In this document: one piece after another, positions 61,959 to 64,000 of the stretch
How positions within the stretch are numbered: position 1 is the stretch's first letter
How the letters are laid out: every line of letters starts with the position of its first letter
DNA from: an uncultured Acidobacteriaceae bacterium
Lineage (GTDB): Bacteria; Acidobacteriota; Terriglobia; Terriglobales; Acidobacteriaceae
DNA length: 64,000 nucleotides
NCBI GenBank assembly: GCA_963818905.1
Contig: CAWFUE010000084.1
Span: forward strand, 9,254-73,253
Direction of reading: 5' to 3'
Notes under the pieces: model-generated
The model's database searches: none
Seen by the model: the letters and a program-made list of their open reading frames with translations, nothing else
What the model was told of the DNA's origin: nothing
Made by a program: the position numbers and the translations under genes

Positions 61959-64000
61959 TTGCGTAGTCGGGGAGTAAGCTTCATTGTCCTCATCGGCGTC
62001 CTGAGCATCTGCGGCAACTTTGCAGCCTTAGCGCAACAGACTGCGCCTGTCTCGCCTGCCTCGTCACCAACCTCACAACCTGCATCAGCCGATCCCGCCG
62101 CTAGCATTCCTCATCCCAACGAGAGCAAGTTCCTGACCCATCTGGCGGAAGATCAGAAGGATATCTGGACGAGTCCGTTTCACCTGCAGCCAGCCGATGC
62201 CAAGTGGCTGGTGCCAATGAGCGGCATTGCGACCGGTCTCTTCGTCAGTGACCCGCAAAGCTCCTACGCGATGCATTGGGATAACCTGCACGCCTACAAC
62301 GTCGCCTCCGATGCGGGAGTGGCTGCAGCGGCGGGGATGACCGGGGTGGCGTATTTTTGGGGACGGGTAACGCACAACGAGCGCGCGCGGGAAACAGGTG
62401 TGCTGGCCACCGAAGCGATGATCAACGCACTGGGCGTCGATTATGCCACGGAGGCGATTACCGGCCGTCTGCGGCCGTTTCCGGCGAATTACCAGAACAT
62501 CTTCTTTCACCAAGGGACATCGTTTCCCTCAGATCACGCCGCCGTGACGTGGGCGTTTGCCTCCGTCGTCGCAGAAGAGTACCCGCATGTCGTTCCGGAG
62601 TTTGGCGCCTACGGTCTGGCTCTGGGAGTAAGCCTGGCGCGAGCTGCATCTGATCAGCACTTCCTTTCCGATGTTTTCATTGGAGGTTTGCTCGGCTACC
62701 AGATCGGCCGCCACGTTTACAAGGTGCGGCACAATCCGGACATCGACGATGACTTGAAGATTGTCGCTGAACAAACCTCCGCGCCGCGTCCTACGAATTT
62801 CGCCAGTGTGTATGTGCCGCTCGACAGCTGGATTTATCCTGCGATGGAGCGCCTGATCGGCGGAGCCTACATCGATACCGCGTTTATCGGTCTGCGGCCG
62901 TGGACCCGAATGGCATGTGCGCAAATGCTCATCCAGATGAATGCCAAGGTCGAGTATCACACCGACGTTCCTTCGGAAATCTGGAAGCTGAAAAAAGCGC
63001 TCGACCAGGAATTCGCGCCTGAAATTGCGGCTTGGGAAGGGCATCCGACGGAGTCAATCGGACTGGATTCGGTGTACACCCGGGTGATGGATATCGCCGG
63101 CCAACCGGTCAATGACAGCTATCATTTCGGCCAGACCATCATCAACGACTTTGGCCGGCCGTACTGGGAAGGTGTCAATAACATCACCGGATTTACTGCC
63201 AGTGCAAACGATGGCCGCTACGCGTTCTACGTCGATGGAGAATATCAGTATGCGCCGACCATACCCGCATATCCGCTGTCGGTTCGGCAGGTGATCGCGA
63301 ATGTAGACGAGAACCCGCTGCTGCCGCCGACGCCGGTTTCTGCCAACCAGTTCACGCTGCTCGATACCTACGCGCTGGCAAAATATGCCGGCCTCGATTT
63401 TTCTGTTGGCAAGCAAAGCATGTGGTGGGGGCCGGGCGAAGGCGGCGCGTTGTTAATGAGCGATAACGCCGCGCCATTCTGGATGCTGCAAGTCAATCGC
63501 ACCGAACCAGTCAACATTCCGCTGCTGTCACGATTTCTGGGACCATTCGAGTTCGCCAACTTCTTCGGCGCACTGGCGGGACACGAATATCCTCCCAGCC
63601 CATATTTCTTTGGACAGAAGGCCAGCTTTAAGCCGACCGAGAACCTGGAATTCGGATTTACTCGCGATGACGTCTTTGGCGGTCAGGGACACGTGCCGAT
63701 TACCTTCGGGTCGTTTTGGAATTCGTTTACCAGCGTGAATGATGTCACGCCGGCGGTGAAGTTCTCGCGCAACGATCCCGGCGCTCGCCACGCAAGTTTC
63801 GATTTCTCCTATCGGCTGCCGTTCGTGCGCCGCTGGCTGACCCTATATACAGACTCGCTGGTGCACGATGATGTCAGTCCGGTTAGCGCACCACGGCGCT
63901 CGGCGGTCAATCCGGGAATTTATCTGACTCACTTTCCCGGTCTGCCCAAGCTCGACTTTCGCGCTGAAGCCGTGTACACGGACCCGCCAACGGTCGACAG
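61959..64000 (+). CDS. PAP2 (type 2 phosphatidic acid phosphatase) domain fused to a Wzi-like capsule-assembly outer-membrane domain; the 3' end lies outside the window
   Basis: Not in the supplied ORF track because there is no stop before the window end. I translated frame 3 by hand from the stop at 61911-13 to 63998 and found no in-frame stop in the stretches checked codon by codon. Signal peptide (M)RSRGVSFIVLIGVLSICGNFAALAQQ from TTG 61959. PAP2 motifs are ITGRLRPF, FPSDHAAV and ARAASDQHFLSDV. Then comes a Wzi-like YVPLDSWIYPAMERLIGGAYI and a long beta-rich region. Confidence 0.65.
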   Translation, partial: MRSRGVSFIVLIGVLSICGNFAALAQQTAPVSPASSPTSQPASADPAASIPHPNESKFLTHLAEDQKDIWTSPFHLQPADAKWLVPMSGIATGLFVSDPQSSYAMHWDNLHAYNVASDAGVAAAAGMTGVAYFWGRVTHNERARETGVLATEAMINALGVDYATEAITGRLRPFPANYQNIFFHQGTSFPSDHAAVTWAFASVVAEEYPHVVPEFGAYGLALGVSLARAASDQHFLSDVFIGGLLGYQIGRHVYKVRHNPDIDDDLKIVAEQTSAPRPTNFASVYVPLDSWIYPAMERLIGGAYIDTAFIGLRPWTRMACAQMLIQMNAKVEYHTDVPSEIWKLKKALDQEFAPEIAAWEGHPTESIGLDSVYTRVMDIAGQPVNDSYHFGQTIINDFGRPYWEGVNNITGFTASANDGRYAFYVDGEYQYAPTIPAYPLSVRQVIANVDENPLLPPTPVSANQFTLLDTYALAKYAGLDFSVGKQSMWWGPGEGGALLMSDNAAPFWMLQVNRTEPVNIPLLSRFLGPFEFANFFGALAGHEYPPSPYFFGQKASFKPTENLEFGFTRDDVFGGQGHVPITFGSFWNSFTSVNDVTPAVKFSRNDPGARHASFDFSYRLPFVRRWLTLYTDSLVHDDVSPVSAPRRSAVNPGIYLTHFPGLPKLDFRAEAVYTDPPTVD

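Overview
GC-rich chromosomal segment. It most likely comes from an Acidobacteriota (Terriglobia-like) genome. Three features point that way: three tandem ADOP-type duplicated orphan permeases, a TonB-dependent receptor with a carboxypeptidase-regulatory-like N-terminus, and a tandem nadA-motif (NAD+ class I) riboswitch upstream of nadA. I support about 55 protein genes, one tRNA-Ala(GGC), one riboswitch, three intrinsic terminators, one candidate promoter, a RAYT/REP mobile unit with a REP pile-up, and a frameshifted four-helix-bundle gene enclosed by an inverted repeat.

Layout:
- 1-8.3 kb: ADOP permeases, a cNMP-binding/TrxR-like flavoprotein and a DUF3455 protein.
- 8.3-11 kb: small accessory islet with a non-RD Ser/Thr kinase and an ankyrin protein.
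- 11-16 kb: YceI-like protein, a membrane-anchored LuxR regulator, DUF4440, DUF4199 and an orphan divergent SecY paralog.
- 16-20 kb: TonB-dependent receptor and the tRNA.
- 20-24 kb: soluble PRC/MgtE_N/CBS protein, then a CYTH - Ppx/GppA - unknown cluster.
- 24.5-26.6 kb: riboswitch, nadA, DUF2203 and a small Cys-rich ORF.
- 26.6-27.6 kb: RAYT and REP elements.
- 27.6-45.7 kb: housekeeping and transport genes (ABC-F, M28, YeiH-like, M48, ArsB/NhaD-like, chagasin-like inhibitor, feoAB, Sir2 deacylase, S9 peptidase, sucA, ldh).
- 45.9 kb to the window end: Wzx/Wzy-type exopolysaccharide locus headed by a NusG/UpxY-like factor and a TetR regulator. It ends in a PAP2-Wzi fusion ORF that runs off the window and is absent from the supplied ORF track.

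All functional calls rest on motif and architecture recognition by eye. No database search or covariance model was run. The best candidates for new biology are the orphan SecY paralog, the inverted-repeat-packaged four-helix-bundle cassette, the Ppx cluster with its lysine-rich unknown protein, and the PAP2-Wzi fusion.
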